Source: the human T2T-CHM13v2.0 reference genome, Homo sapiens. From it: 64,000 nt of DNA. Positions 38,796 through 51,955 of this stretch are shown piece after piece. The stretch is from the NCBI RefSeq assembly GCF_009914755.1, contig NC_060931.1; one strand, 5' to 3'. Made by a program: the position numbers and the translations under genes. Positions within the stretch are counted from its first letter, which is position 1; every line of letters starts with the position of its first letter. The notes below the pieces were generated by a model. The model was given only the letters and a program-made list of their open reading frames with translations, was not told the DNA's origin and did no database searches.

Positions 38796-39553
38796 ACTTG
38801 TTTTAAAGCACCACTTTGTTTTTACAACTAACTTGTTAGGTCCCTTGACTTTGTGGCTTTGTACCTAGAAGGTATCTTGCAATACCTTCTGTATACTGTG
38901 TATTTCATATACTGTTTCTGCTGCTACAGCTGCTGATGAGGTTGATAAATTATCATCTCCATCTATTTCTAAATGGAGAAACAGCTTGCATCTGTTGAGA
39001 TGATTGTAGGTCATCCTGTGAGTACAGAGATTAGATCACTCAGGAAATGAAGATGATTCTCATAATACTTATTGGCTGAAGTGAGATTTTAAAGCTATGG
39101 ACTGGAATTATATACAGGAGAAAAGGAGATTTCTAGCAGGTTTTTACACCCACATCATATGGCTCAGAAACTGTTGTGAATTGGGCTTCCATACTAGGCA
39201 TTGCTAATGTTCCTTCTCTCCCTCAAGTAAAAAGTTATTATGCAGATCAGTTAGACAAAAGCTTGGAGGTGTTCTGGGATCATCTCTTCCTTTGACTTCT
39301 TGACCTTGGTAAGCAATTCACATCCTCAAGGGCCTATATATTTAATGTACATCACATGAGAATTAAAAGTGTTTTGTCATTACTCCCATTAGGGTTAACC
39401 TATTTTCCTGCTGACCTGGAGATGATTCAAAGCCCAATCTTGGCCACAAATACACACCAAATATTAAATAGGAGTTTAGGATTCAAAAGGCAGCAACTCA
39501 CATAGTAGTTAAGAAAACTTACTCAATCATATCTTTTAGTGTAAATATGATGA

Positions 39554-40104
<551 letters not shown>

Positions 40105-40476
40105 ATTAGAGAAAAGTCTCATAAATCTATGGACTTAGCCATAGAATTATACCGTTAGCTGCTGATTCCTCCACAGATGGTTCCACCTTTCCTTCTTTGC
40201 AGTTACCTGAGATTTCTCAATTTCTCCTAATCCCCTTTCTTCACTCCCATACTCAAAGGAAATGGATCTAAGAATGAAATATTGAAAATCTATGAAGTCC
40301 TGATTGGTCCCACATTTAGCTCTATGGTACTCTGCTTTCACTATAATCTGAATGCAAATTTAAGTATATAGTAAAGAACAATTCTGTTCTGTTATTACAT
40401 CCACCCAGGGATCTGCAGGTCTTTTATCTTCTGATTCCCACACAGGGACAAGAGTGCCTCATATTCCCAGTGTCTG

Positions 40477-40490
40477 CTGACCCCTAGTGG
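40477..40490 (-). promoter_or_regulatory. Candidate CTCF site
   Basis: Minus strand CCACTAGGGGTCAG matches 13/14 of CCASYAGRKGGCRS. Confidence 0.4.
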
Positions 40491-40649
40491 CTTGTTATGC
40501 CTCCTACTACACCTAGATTAATTTTTATAAACTAAACTCATAGAGGATTTGGGTTTGGGGTGATTGTAACAGTGAATAATTCACAATATTGGCCATCATA
40601 GTCAATCTGGGGAGACAAACATATTCATATTTTTTCCTCCTTTGAATAT

Positions 40650-40772
40650 GGTTTTTGAGACAGGGTCTGGCTGTGTTCCTGAGGCTAGTCTTGAACTCCT
40701 GAACTCAAGCAATCCTCCCATCTCAGCCTCCAGAGTAGCTGGGATTACAGGGACATGCTCCTGCAATTGGCT
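40650..40772 (-). mobile_element. FLAM (Alu monomer)
   Basis: Single monomer; flanking direct repeat CTTTGAATAT at 40640-40649 and 40777-40786. Confidence 0.85.
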
Positions 40773-42464
40773 CTTGCTTTGAATATTCTTAATGTAAAGT
40801 AACAATTGATTGACAAAGCTTTCTACTTCTTGAAAATAAAATCTGTCAGGTCAACTTCTTGCAAATTCAGCATAGTGAGTTCTCTACAAAATCCAACTGT
40901 TTGCTCAAGATTTATTTTATATAACTGTAGAGATTAAAATCTGAGTGTAAAAGCAGACTTTATGTGGTTCCAAAGATGTAATTTAAAGACATATTTAAAT
41001 AGGTACACAGTGTAAATCAAATGTGAAGATAATGACAGTTATTTCAGGGAACATTTAAGTCAGATTAAGTTTCCAATTGAGCTGCTCAATATCCCTGAAT
41101 ATGAACAGATCTGCCAGAAAATTTGCTGGCTATACTACAGCACAGAGTTGTTAAATGAGTATACTTATAAATAAACAAAATCCAGAGAGATATTTTCCCT
41201 GATGGACAGAAATGATTCAAATTAAACAAAATGCATTAAATATGCCATATTGCTTATATTTAAAAATTATAATTTTCAATGTTTAAAACACAAAGGAGTT
41301 TAAAACTGAGAAAAACAGTATTAGAAATGACTGGTACTTCAGTAATTCTTGAATCAAACGTAAACTTGAATTCTTGACACATGTAAGTTATTGGAGAGTA
41401 CTGATTATTTATACAAATGTTTCTATGCCATCTTCTTGTGTATTACTTCAAAGAGATTGATATTAGGTGAAAAATAATGCCAAAAAATCCCTCCAACACT
41501 ATTTATTGCCCTTCCGTCTCTCAATGCGTCCGAAATGAGGGGCATAGAGAACACTAAAATGAATAAATTCCCCTGGTGAGCCAAAGAGAATAAATAGTCT
41601 TCACAATGAACAATCTTTGTATTAAGTGTTGGCCTGATCACCCCACAGTACAAACACACAGAAACTCTGACTTCCTACCAGATTAAGGTGACCCAGCCAT
41701 TCTGCATGCATAATTACAGAGAAGAGAACTCAATAAAGAGCCTTCTCTCAAGAAGCACAGGAGAAGTCAGCTCAGGGAAGGCAGAGAGGTCTTACTGTGT
41801 GTACACTGTTTCAACATTTAAGGATCTCTCTTTAGATAGATAGATTACTAGCCAGGAATTTGCTTCCCTTTTATCCCTATTTCAAAGTATTTTTCTGGCA
41901 GGTTCTTTTAAGATCTCATCAGATATGTGGGTATAGTGCTTTACTCACTATGACATTTTACATTTTTGGGATGCAGAATGAGGACTTGCTACTAAGACAC
42001 AAGTTGTGAAGAGAGAGTATTTATTACACTTTTGCACAGAGAAACAGTATTACCTGAAAAAAAATATGTACCTGCAAATGACCTAGACTTACAATATTAA
42101 TAACAGATTTACCTCTTTAAGAGACATGAAATATAAATCACTCTAAGGAATTTGTGATGCATTAACATTGCATAAAGCAGGGTTACCTTGGATGGAGATT
42201 TGTCTCTCTAGTATCTTCATTTCAGTTGGAGATTTTGCAATGTTATTCACTAATGTTTCACAAATGTTATAGTGCATATTGATAAACCAACAATGTGAAT
42301 CTCTAAATATCCAGCTCTTGAAGTTTACAATCCAGGATTTTATCTCCGAACTTTGTAGGATGGCTGCTAGTCTTTCATTTTTTCTCAATGTTGCTTACTC
42401 TAATCAATGAGAAATGCTTATCAAAACATTTTGTGTGTTACTTAGAAAAAGCTATACAGATAGA

Positions 42465-42736
42465 TTTCTTAATTGATACATAACAGATGTACATATTTTG
42501 GGGGTACATGTAATAGTTTAATACATTCAAATAATGCATAAAGATAAAATCAGGGTAATTGGGAGGTCTCTTACCTTAAATATTTATCTTTTCTTTATGC
42601 TACAAACATTATAATTCATCTTTTCTTGCTATTTTGAAATTTACAAGAGATTATTTTTAAGTACAGTCTCCCTATGATTTATTGAACAGTAGCTCTTCAA
42701 ATATGTAATTAGATAGAAGAAATAAGACCTAGTGTT
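42465..42736 (-). mobile_element. L1MA2/3-like 3' fragment with a short 5' inversion
   Basis: Minus-oriented 3' end to 42692, then a plus-oriented piece (42698-42736) of the adjoining L1 sequence. Confidence 0.75.
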
Positions 42737-44312
42737 ATAAGTATCTTTAACATCATATACAAAATGATGGTATAAAACAATTCATATAGTTGATATTTCA
42801 GTTTCACTTCCCTGCCTTTAATCATGCTGTTGGGCCCACTTGAAATATCCATTTATTTCCCTCCTCATGTAAAAAGTCAAAATTCACCTTTTCCAAGGAG
42901 TTCTCCCTAACCTGTCAACACCTATAGTTTTCTTCTTTTTATGACTGATAACATACCCACTATTTGTGCCAACAACTTTTTTACTACATTAGATCTATAT
43001 TGTTAATTGATTTACAGGTCTCTCCATCTGCAGTGTAGGCTCCTTAGAAGGTTCAGAACTTTGTTTTCTATTGTTCCTGAATTCCAGCTCATGGAATGGT
43101 AACACTTAATAAGTGCTCAGTAAAAATTATCTGAATTAAATTTAATGTCAACATCCAGTGTCATCCTAGTTTGGCTGGCAGATGTAGAGACCTCTAAGAA
43201 GTAATGAGCAACTGAAAAAGAATAATTCTTACATAGTGGTTCCTAAATACCAAATTCCAAACTCCTGAAGAAATATATGATTTGAAATGTACAATAGTCC
43301 TAATTGGCTAACTTTCTGCAACCTGGCAGAGAAAATTTACAATACAGGCCTCTTAAATTTTTATTAATGTTTCCCCTGATATCTTTATTATTAATAATTT
43401 TTTCACGGATCTCCAACTTTTTCAGAGACCTTTCAAAATTGTCATACAAATTTTTATGGCATGTTTGGTTATGTTTTCATATAGCTTGAAAATCAACAAC
43501 AGGATACGCCTCCAACCAATTATGATCTGATTCTTATAAGGTAAAGTTTTATTTCAGGCTTAAATAAAAGTAACTAGAAAACTCTGCAAGGGCAAGAATA
43601 TAAATGGCCCTGATGAATCACAAAAGGAGAGGCGTTGCAATCATAGGTACTGGGATACAACAGTAAGAGAGAGACTACCATCACACCCTTAAATTATAGC
43701 ATTCTTGGTGTTATCAGAAGCTCCAGAAACCTATTCCTTCTACACACAAACACATCCTCACCCTAACTGTTCACCCGCAGTAATGGAGGGGAACATTAAT
43801 ACCTTATTTTCAGCTCAGAATTAATTTTATATATCTGTGCATAACTGGATTCCAGGAAGAACTAAATGGGATCTGTAGGATGTATGTGAACAACTAATTA
43901 GCCACAAAGTTTCTTATAATATCTTCATTTGAATGATTCTTTCATTGAAAATAATGGTCTACATCCTATGGTGAAACAGATTGAGTCAGCTGTTCCCTCT
44001 CTGAGCTTTTCAAGTGGTGAGCTGATGAATTTGTCCTTTATAGGTGGGATAATTTGGGCCTTAAATTCCTGTGTTTTTTCCTTTTTAACAGTTGCCTGTT
44101 TCCTTAAAATATCTACTCTCCTTGTCTGTGTATACTCAACCTAGCCTGATGAGAAGCAAACTAGAATATCTAGGAAATTATTATATCCAACAGGGAATAA
44201 TAGTATAAAAGGAGATGAATGGTCCATAGCATCATTATAAGACCCTTTGGTCTACAAATTATCTGAGTATATAAAATATTGATAAGTGAGGTAGCCAAAG
44301 TTCACAAAGTAC

Positions 44313-44380
44313 TGTGTGTGTGTGTGTGTGTGTGTTTCTGTGTGTGTATGTGTGTGTGTATGTGTACGTGCATGTATGTG
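44313..44380. repeat. (TG)n-rich microsatellite
   Basis: Directly visible. Confidence 0.9.
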
Positions 44381-44599
44381 CATTACTGACAAGCAGACTT
44401 AAGCAGTGGTTGAAAAAAATTGGAAATGTTAATACATCCCTCAGAAGTTGAAGCACCTTTTATGAGAATATGATTAGCTCTAACTGCATAACTGTGTTCT
44501 TTGATGAAATGATAATCATACCACTACCACAAGCAAAACTTGTATTTTCTAATAATTTTTCAAATGACTTTCATGGTGATAACCATTTAACTACGACCA

Positions 44600-44830
44600 T
44601 TGATAATAGATAGAATTAGCCGAGTGTGTTGTATTTGCCAGGCATTGTGCACACACAATCTCACTTTTCATCTACCAGACAATTCCAAGTGGTCAACAAC
44701 TACACTTGCAGAGTAGTCAGTTCTTCTCATTCTGCAGATGAGAACACAAAGGCTTAGGCAGATGAGCGAAGCTTCTGAAGATCATCCAGGTAGAAAATGG
44801 AAAGGCAGAGACTCAGGGCTGAATATTAGC
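44600..44830 (-). mobile_element. MIR
   Basis: TGCCAGGCATTGTGC..CATTCTGCAGATGAGAACACAAAGGCTTAGG. Confidence 0.65.
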
Positions 44831-46699
44831 CACCAACTAGAGGATAGGATTTATGCTAGAGGCAGTTCTATGATCATTTGGTATCTGGTTTTAACAATAT
44901 TTTCTGAATTAAAAAATTAGGAAAATAGCCTGATGGGAACAGCAATTTATACTCAGGAGGAAATGAAACAGCATGTTTGAAATTCTAATTCTATTGGATA
45001 ATTATTACAATATAATAGTTTATGCTTTTGAGCACAGGGCAGATTCCAGTCTATGATACAGTGAGCTGCCATACACTAGAGTTTGGCTTTAGTTAAATGT
45101 GATCTTTGAAACATGATACATAAGTCTTCTGCATCAGAATGTGAGTTCATGAATTGATTTTCTCTTAACCAAGAGAAAATTAAGCAAGGCCTTAATGAAT
45201 AGTAACTTTGATTTCCTAAGGACATATTGTGAGAAATCCACCGTCCTTTGGAGCAGAAAGTTCTCAGATGAAGGACAATGCTAACGTAAAATAGATGATT
45301 TCATGTTGTATTCAAAACAAGTTTCTATACACTGTGGTAGAACTGGAATGACTTTCCTATTTCTCTACTGAAATCATAATGTGAATGTTTTTCATAAAAT
45401 AATAATTTTAAGCAAACAGCATGTTGGCCAAAATTGTTGGGTCGTTCTCAGTTAAAATTTAGCATTAATATGACTAACTCATAAGTAATTCAACATTGAT
45501 ATAAACACTGCTTAGTTTCCACAGAAAAATATTTTTCCAAAGTCCCAGAAATCATTTTTGCAGTTCATTTTTATTACACAAAAGCTTGCTGTATATTAAT
45601 CAGCAGAAGAAATTTTAACTATTCAGTAGTTTTAAAAGGCTACATTTAAGACTTGCTACTTGAAGTGGAATGATGAATCAAATTTGATGTAAAATATTTT
45701 GCCTTAAAAAATCCTCCAATGAAATAATCAGACGGAAAAGCGACAGTAAAATGTAGAACTTGTCATTTTTAAGAGCCAATATCATCTTAAATGATAGGGA
45801 TTCAGTTTCTATGGAGCCCTTCTTGGGCTCAAGTTCAACACTTTAATGTGATAATCAGCTTAAGCTAAAATTTTTTGCACTTTTGGACAGAAAGGTTTCG
45901 TGTTTGAAACAGATGCAAATGAATGCTAAGAAAGGAGAAATCTTGCAGAATTCAATTTAAAGAGCTACCTTCCATAAAATTCTGTCTACCGGCCTGTCTC
46001 ATCGAATGAAGCAGCAGGCAGGGAAACCAAGGTTATCAGTCCAGTATTCTCCTGCTTGAAATTTTCTACACCATGTGTTCCTCTCAGTGTCTCACATTTT
46101 AAGCACTGAGTAATTGCTCAAATTTATTGGAATCATAAATGTTAAAAGATTATCGAGACAATTCTAATCCAGTTTGCTAATTTTAGAGAAGAAAATCGAA
46201 TTCAGAGAAGTTGTATGTGACTAGCTCAATGCTACAAAAATTTGACCAAGGTACCAAAATGTCCAATTGTTATACTGAATGTTGATTAGTCTGTAAGTTA
46301 GCCATTAGTACTTTCACATTACTGCGATTTTGCAAACAGTAAAACTAATTAACAAATATACCAATATGTTTGTGATCAAACGATCAATCTTTTGAAACAG
46401 TTACCTCAAGAGGATATAGAAACAGTCTAGTAATTTGCAAAATGTTTTAAGTCACCTTTTCAGAACCAGATTTTATGACATTAATCCATTAATTTATTTA
46501 TGACTTAACAGCATTGAGAGCTTACTCTGCATTCAGCACTGCAAATAAAGAAGTAAAAGATGGTATGTTCTTGTTCTTATGGACAGCAGGAAAAGTAAAG
46601 ACAGATGACAGGAGAGATGAGTAGAAAATATGGTAAATAAAATTGGAAGATTGATTAGATATAAGCTATGCAAGTGACAGCAGAGAAGGAGAAGGTTAT

Positions 46700-46910
46700 T
46701 AATAATAATTTACATATACTATATTAGGCACTGATCTAAGTCTTTATCAAAACTAATCCTCAAACCAATCCTATGAGGTATAACTATTGTCATCTGTATT
46801 TTACAGGTGAGGAAACAGATTCAGAAAGGTTGAAAAACTTGCCCAAAGTTACAAGGCTGGGCTATAAACCCAGGAAGATCAACTATAGAGTCCACATTCT
46901 TAAACATTAA
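46700..46910 (-). mobile_element. MIR
   Basis: AGGCACTGATCTAAG..ATCCTATGAGGTA..TTTTACAGGTGAGGAAACAGATTCAGAAAGGTTGAAAAACTTGCCCAAAGTTACA. Confidence 0.85.
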
Positions 46911-46919
46911 GCTACCTGA

Positions 46920-47229
46920 TTTTTTTTTTTTTTTTTTTTTTTTTTTGAGATGGAGTTTTGCTCTTGTTGCCCAGGCTGGAGTGAAATGGCACAATCTCGG
47001 CTCACTGCATCCTTCGCCTCCCAGGTACAAGCGATTCTGCTGTCCCAGCCTCACAAGTAGCTAGGATTACAGGCATGTGCCACCACATCTGACTAATTTT
47101 TTTGTATTTAGTAGAGACGGGGCTTCACCATGTTAGTCAGGCTGGCCGCGAACTCCTTACCTCAGGTGATCCACCTGCCTCGGCCTCCCAAAGTGCTGGG
47201 ATTACAGGCATTCGCCACTGCACCCGGCC
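46920..47229 (-). mobile_element. AluSp/Sq SINE with long poly(A)
   Basis: GCTCTTGTTGCCCAGG diagnostic; TSD GCTACCTGAT (46911) / GCTATCTGAT (47230). Confidence 0.93.
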
Positions 47230-47319
47230 GCTATCTGATTTTGATAGACTACTTATGAAGACTTGAGAGTCTAAGCAGATAACAGTATTTCTGAAATAAA
47301 TTGGGTATGAAGGAGTAGA

Positions 47320-47900
47320 AGTTGGTAATGAGGAAAGGAAAAAGATGGTCAGTTTCTTTATTTGGACAGATTCAACGTATCTGTTAATGAGTCAGCATTT
47401 GTAAATATTCATCAAGGCTGCAGACATCTCTTTGAAAGTTATAAGCGCAAGAGGACAAGAGGTAGCAGTTAAAAATATGAATATGGCCAAGTTTCCTCAG
47501 AGAGCATATTGAGTGAGAAATGGGGTTCCCTGAAGTACAAACACCAACACTTAAGGAAATATAGCAGAAAATAAGACAACAAAATTAACTGAGATAAAGA
47601 TGTCAAAAGGAAAAAATAATAAAACATGAGAACGTTATATGAGGAATTCAAGAACAAGGGCATGTTTCACGGTATTGACTTTAAAGAGAATTCAAGAAAG
47701 ACAAGGACTAAACATTGGGAGTTGATAACAAGGAAGTTATTCCAGCAAAAGAGTAAAAAGCTATTCTGTGGTATGTAGAAGCATGATTTTGAGGTGGTCA
47801 GGAGTTAGTGACAAGATGACCTCCTTTGAAGAAACTTTATTACCAAGTGAAAAAAATAAGAGTGAAGGGAAGCAGAAAAGGATTTTTTTTTCTGAATAAT
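47320..47900 (-). mobile_element. Probable L2 fragment
   Basis: Purine-rich; TTTGGACAGATT..CCCTGAAGTACAAACACCAACACTTAAGG..CAAGAAAGACAAGGACTAAA. Confidence 0.5.
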
Positions 47901-48609
47901 CACATCTTCATGTTTGTATAAAAGAGACTGCATCAAGTTGATATCTCACTTTTAAATGATAAACTTGAATTGTATTCACAAACAAAAAAGTCTCTTAAGG
48001 GGAAATTATTTGCCAACATTTGAGACATTTAAAAAAGTATGTTGCAAACCCTAAGATTAATTCCATAAAATAAAACTCAGATATATTTTAGTAAATGTAC
48101 ATAGCACCAGAAACTGCACTTGGCTCTAAAGGTCAATAATAAGCAAATACAGACACAGTTCAGAAATGAATTTTTGTTAAACAAAGATAATATGCCAAAT
48201 TACTATAAGATAATGAAAGAGAGCATATTTCATTAATAAATTATATAAGGTAAAGTATTTTTTGAAAAGATATTTGGCAGCTGCAATAATATTTAGAAAA
48301 AGAAATGCTTCAATCTATCTGCAATACAATTAAATTTGGATTAGAAATGTCATGCAATATGGAATTTGTATATTCTTGGTTTATTTTAGACCCTGATTAA
48401 GCCATATCTTGTTTATCATAGTTAGAGGTTCTAATGTTATTAACGTTTCTTCTAAAATAGGATTCTGACACATCTATAAGAGAAAAGCTTGATCACCATT
48501 AGACAAATAAGTAAACATTCCCCCTTTCCATTATTATAAAGAATATGCACATTGTAAGTTCAAGAATAGTTTAGAAAAAAAATACTGAAGTAGTAAAGGG
48601 CCCATAAAA

Positions 48610-49330
48610 CCCTTCCTCTTGTATTTTCTATCTCAGATTGCAACACTGTTCACTTAATTACCCAACATGTTAGAAACTGTGCTATACCTTCATTTCCCCA
48701 TTGCCCGCATAAATCACTACTCCCATTCAGTTCTACTTGTGTATACGTGAAGCCTAGCTATCATCTAGATTTGAGTTATCATTTTCTTTAGTCTTAGAAC
48801 AAATCAAACTGCTTTCAATTCTGCTCCGTCTCAATCTCAATCCATTCCACAGACCTAGGGATCATTCTGAAATGGAAATCAATATCTTCAATGTCTTTTG
48901 ATCATCAACAGATGGAAGCTCAAGATTCTCAACATGATTTTAAAAAGCTTAATGATCTGACTCATGTTTTCTTCCATCTCAACATTCAGGCCAAACTGAA
49001 CCCTCACAGTATTTCAAATACTCCAGGCAGAATCCTATTCCAGCCTTTGCAGAAACTGGCCCCTCTCCATGTAATACCCTATCCCCATCTTGCCAACTTC
49101 TTTACCAGGCTAATGCCTACTCTTCTTTCATTTGCCCAGATAGATATCTTCTATACAAATCCTCCCTCAAAGCCACCAGATTGAATTAGGCATTTCTCCC
49201 AAAGTTCCCCTTGAAGCCTTTACTTATCCCATCAGAAAATTTATAAAACTATGCTGAAATTGCCTCTTTACATATAATCTATCTACATGAGGCAACTTAA
49301 AGACAAAGTGTTTGTCTTCTTTACTTTTAG
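48610..49330 (+). mobile_element. Probable L2 fragment
   Basis: CTCAATCCATTCCACAG..AGCTTAATGATCTGAC..CAGGCCAAACTGAAC..AGACAAAGTGTTTGTCTT. Confidence 0.55.
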
Positions 49331-50479
49331 ACATATACCAGCAGAAGAATAAACAAATAAGAAAAACTCATTTCTATATATAATATACCAATAAATTTGG
49401 ACAAATAACTTTCCACAAGCCTTTGTTTACACATCTGTAAAAGCATGGAATTACAGAAAAGAGAAAAAGGTATAATAAAGCTAGAACCCATCAGTAATAA
49501 GGCAAATTTTAATATATGCTATATTGTTGAAATTTTTGTAGTAATGATTCCTTGTGAAAGCAATATCACAGATAAAGCTGCTTTTACAAGCAGCTTGAAA
49601 CAGCAACGTGATATTCTTCTTGTGCAGAACTCCATATTCCAGATTTGAGCTTTCCTATCCACATTTTGACAGTCCATCAGTCAAAGAATTCCCTGCAGAA
49701 AACTACAATAGTAACCCAAGAATTACTGACTAGTTACTAAGAGTTTGCTTCAATAGATTAGAGCTGTTTGAATAATAAAGATGTTACCCAGCAAATATAT
49801 AAATACATATTCTTCTGCAATAGAATTCTTAATATACAGAGTATAATAGAATAAGACAACCTTAAAAATTAACCTAACTCTTTGGAGATTTCTACATAGA
49901 ATTGCTTGTGGGTTGTATTCATTTTACCAAAAAAAGTATATAAATTTAAGGGAACAAATCTGTGCTATATGAAACATGATAAATATTAAGAATTGTGTTT
50001 AATAATTCTTATGAAATTATATAAGCGTTAAACATCTTATCTCTAATTTCTGTGCCTAATAATTATATAGAGTTTATAATAAACTATACAATTTATGTTC
50101 TCACTCCTAGAAATTCTGAGTCAGTACTCTGGTTCAAGGCAGAGGAATTTACATTTTAATGAGCACCTCAAATGATTCTGGTATATGTTTCAATCAATTC
50201 ACACTTTAGTATCCTCTCCATGAAATATGTGCATCTTTGTTTCTTATTTTAGTTAATATACTGTTGAATATACCTACTCATGTAGAGTAACATTTGTAGA
50301 TACTTGTAATGTAGGGAAGGGGATTCTCATTTTCCATATTCAATTTGAGTTCCAATGATATTAATAGATTTTCTTAGATTTTAACTAGAACTCTACATAT
50401 TAGGAATAGGTAGCTACAGAACAGACAATGATAATGATGTTTTCACATGACTGTTTGCCAAATACTGGTATTAAATTAG

Positions 50480-50640
50480 AAGATGGAGTGAAAAGCACTG
50501 AAAGGCACATGAGAAGAGCTGTTCTGCCATGCTTTTCTGTGACCTTAGGCAAAGTATTTCTGTGACCTTGGACAAGGCATCTAATGGCTGTGGACCCCAA
50601 GAGCCGTATCTGTGAAAATAGATTGGAGTTGTTTAAAAAG
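50480..50640 (+). mobile_element. MIR
   Basis: GAAAAGCACTG..CTGTGACCTTAGGCAAAG..CTGTGACCTTGGACAAG..ATCTGTGAAAATAG. Confidence 0.6.
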
Positions 50641-51661
50641 TATAATTGTATTGTGTATCTTATGTAATGTAGTCTATTCATAACAGAAAAGAGAGGGAAT
50701 GAAACTGTTAGGGAAAATAATCATTCTAGGATGGTACCAACTTCTCGGTCTGCATCTTTAGTAAAGGGAATGATGGCAAGGCCTTATCAGATACTCACCC
50801 AATAGATAAAATTATTAGTTCATAATCTAGTTGTGTAACAAGGTTTCTCTGAAAAGCTGAATTAGGATCCATTAAGTGCTAACAAAGTTGATTTAGGGAA
50901 TTCTGGATGTAAGAGTAATTCTGCATGGGTGTGAAGTCATAGTCCATTCTCTGGACACAGAGATTCCATGGTTTTTAAAATAAAGTGCATATCTATTAAG
51001 TCAGTGAAAAAGGGTCATGAGACTTCTTTCTACAGTGTTCCTTCTTTGAAAGATAGAAGATATAATTGAATATCCTTGCAGAGGATATACCTGAGAAGGA
51101 ATTTGCAAGATTCTGCTGCTGTTCTAGACTTGGGAAATACAAGTGTGAATCGTTGACAAATATTTTAACTTTCAATAGTCCCACAAGGTGAGAGTGATTA
51201 CTCAGTTTTTCAGTGATCTAACACAAGGATTACATAATTGTTTTCTGATTCCTGAATCTAGAAGTCATCCTATTTATCAAGCAAAACTTAAGAGACTTAA
51301 TAATGAGTTCTCCCAGACCACAACGCCTATCTTCAGGGATAGCTGATGGTTATCATAAATAGAAACGACCCCCAAGGAGCTTCTGGTACCAAAAATGGTG
51401 CACTTGCTCAGGGACTTGTACATTTTTTTCTACCTATTACTGACATATGTATGTCAACTCTGCCACATTGGCATTAATAATATTTTACCCTGAAATAACA
51501 GAGTTGTTCATGGATTGGGGAATAGGGAAATGATTAATAGGGAAAAGAGACCTTGATCTCATTATTCTAAATTGCTTTAGGTAAAACAGACTGGATATTA
51601 ATACATCTTTTAAAATATTTGTGTCACCACTTTTTGTGTGTGTGCGCACGGATATTTTGCC

Positions 51662-51955
51662 TTTTTTTTTCCTTTTAAGATGAGGTCTGGCTCTGTTCCC
51701 AGGCTGTAGTGCAGTGGCACAATCGTGGCTCACTGTTGCAGCCTCCACCTCCCAAGTTCAAGAGATCCTCCCACCTAAGCCTCCCACGTACCTGGGGCTA
51801 CAGACACATGCCACCACACCTAGCTAATGATTTTATTTTTTATGGACACAACAGGGTCTTGCTATATTGCCCAGGCTGATCTCCAACCCCTGGGTTCAGG
51901 CAATCCTGCCTCCTTGGCCTCCCAAAGTGCTGAGATTATAGGCATGAGCCCGGTC
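51662..51955 (-). mobile_element. AluJ SINE; TSDs enclose additional 3' sequence
   Basis: J features (GTGGCTCACTG..GCAGCCTCCACCTCC, GATCCTCCCACCT); TSD TTGTGTCACCACTTT (51619-51633) / TTGTGTCACCTCTTT (51956-51970). Confidence 0.9.

Noticed and set aside
51036-51187. Plus-strand exon-like segment with good acceptor and AAG|GTGAGA donor
   Set aside because: Stops in all three frames and no partner exons; could only be non-coding, and is unsupported.
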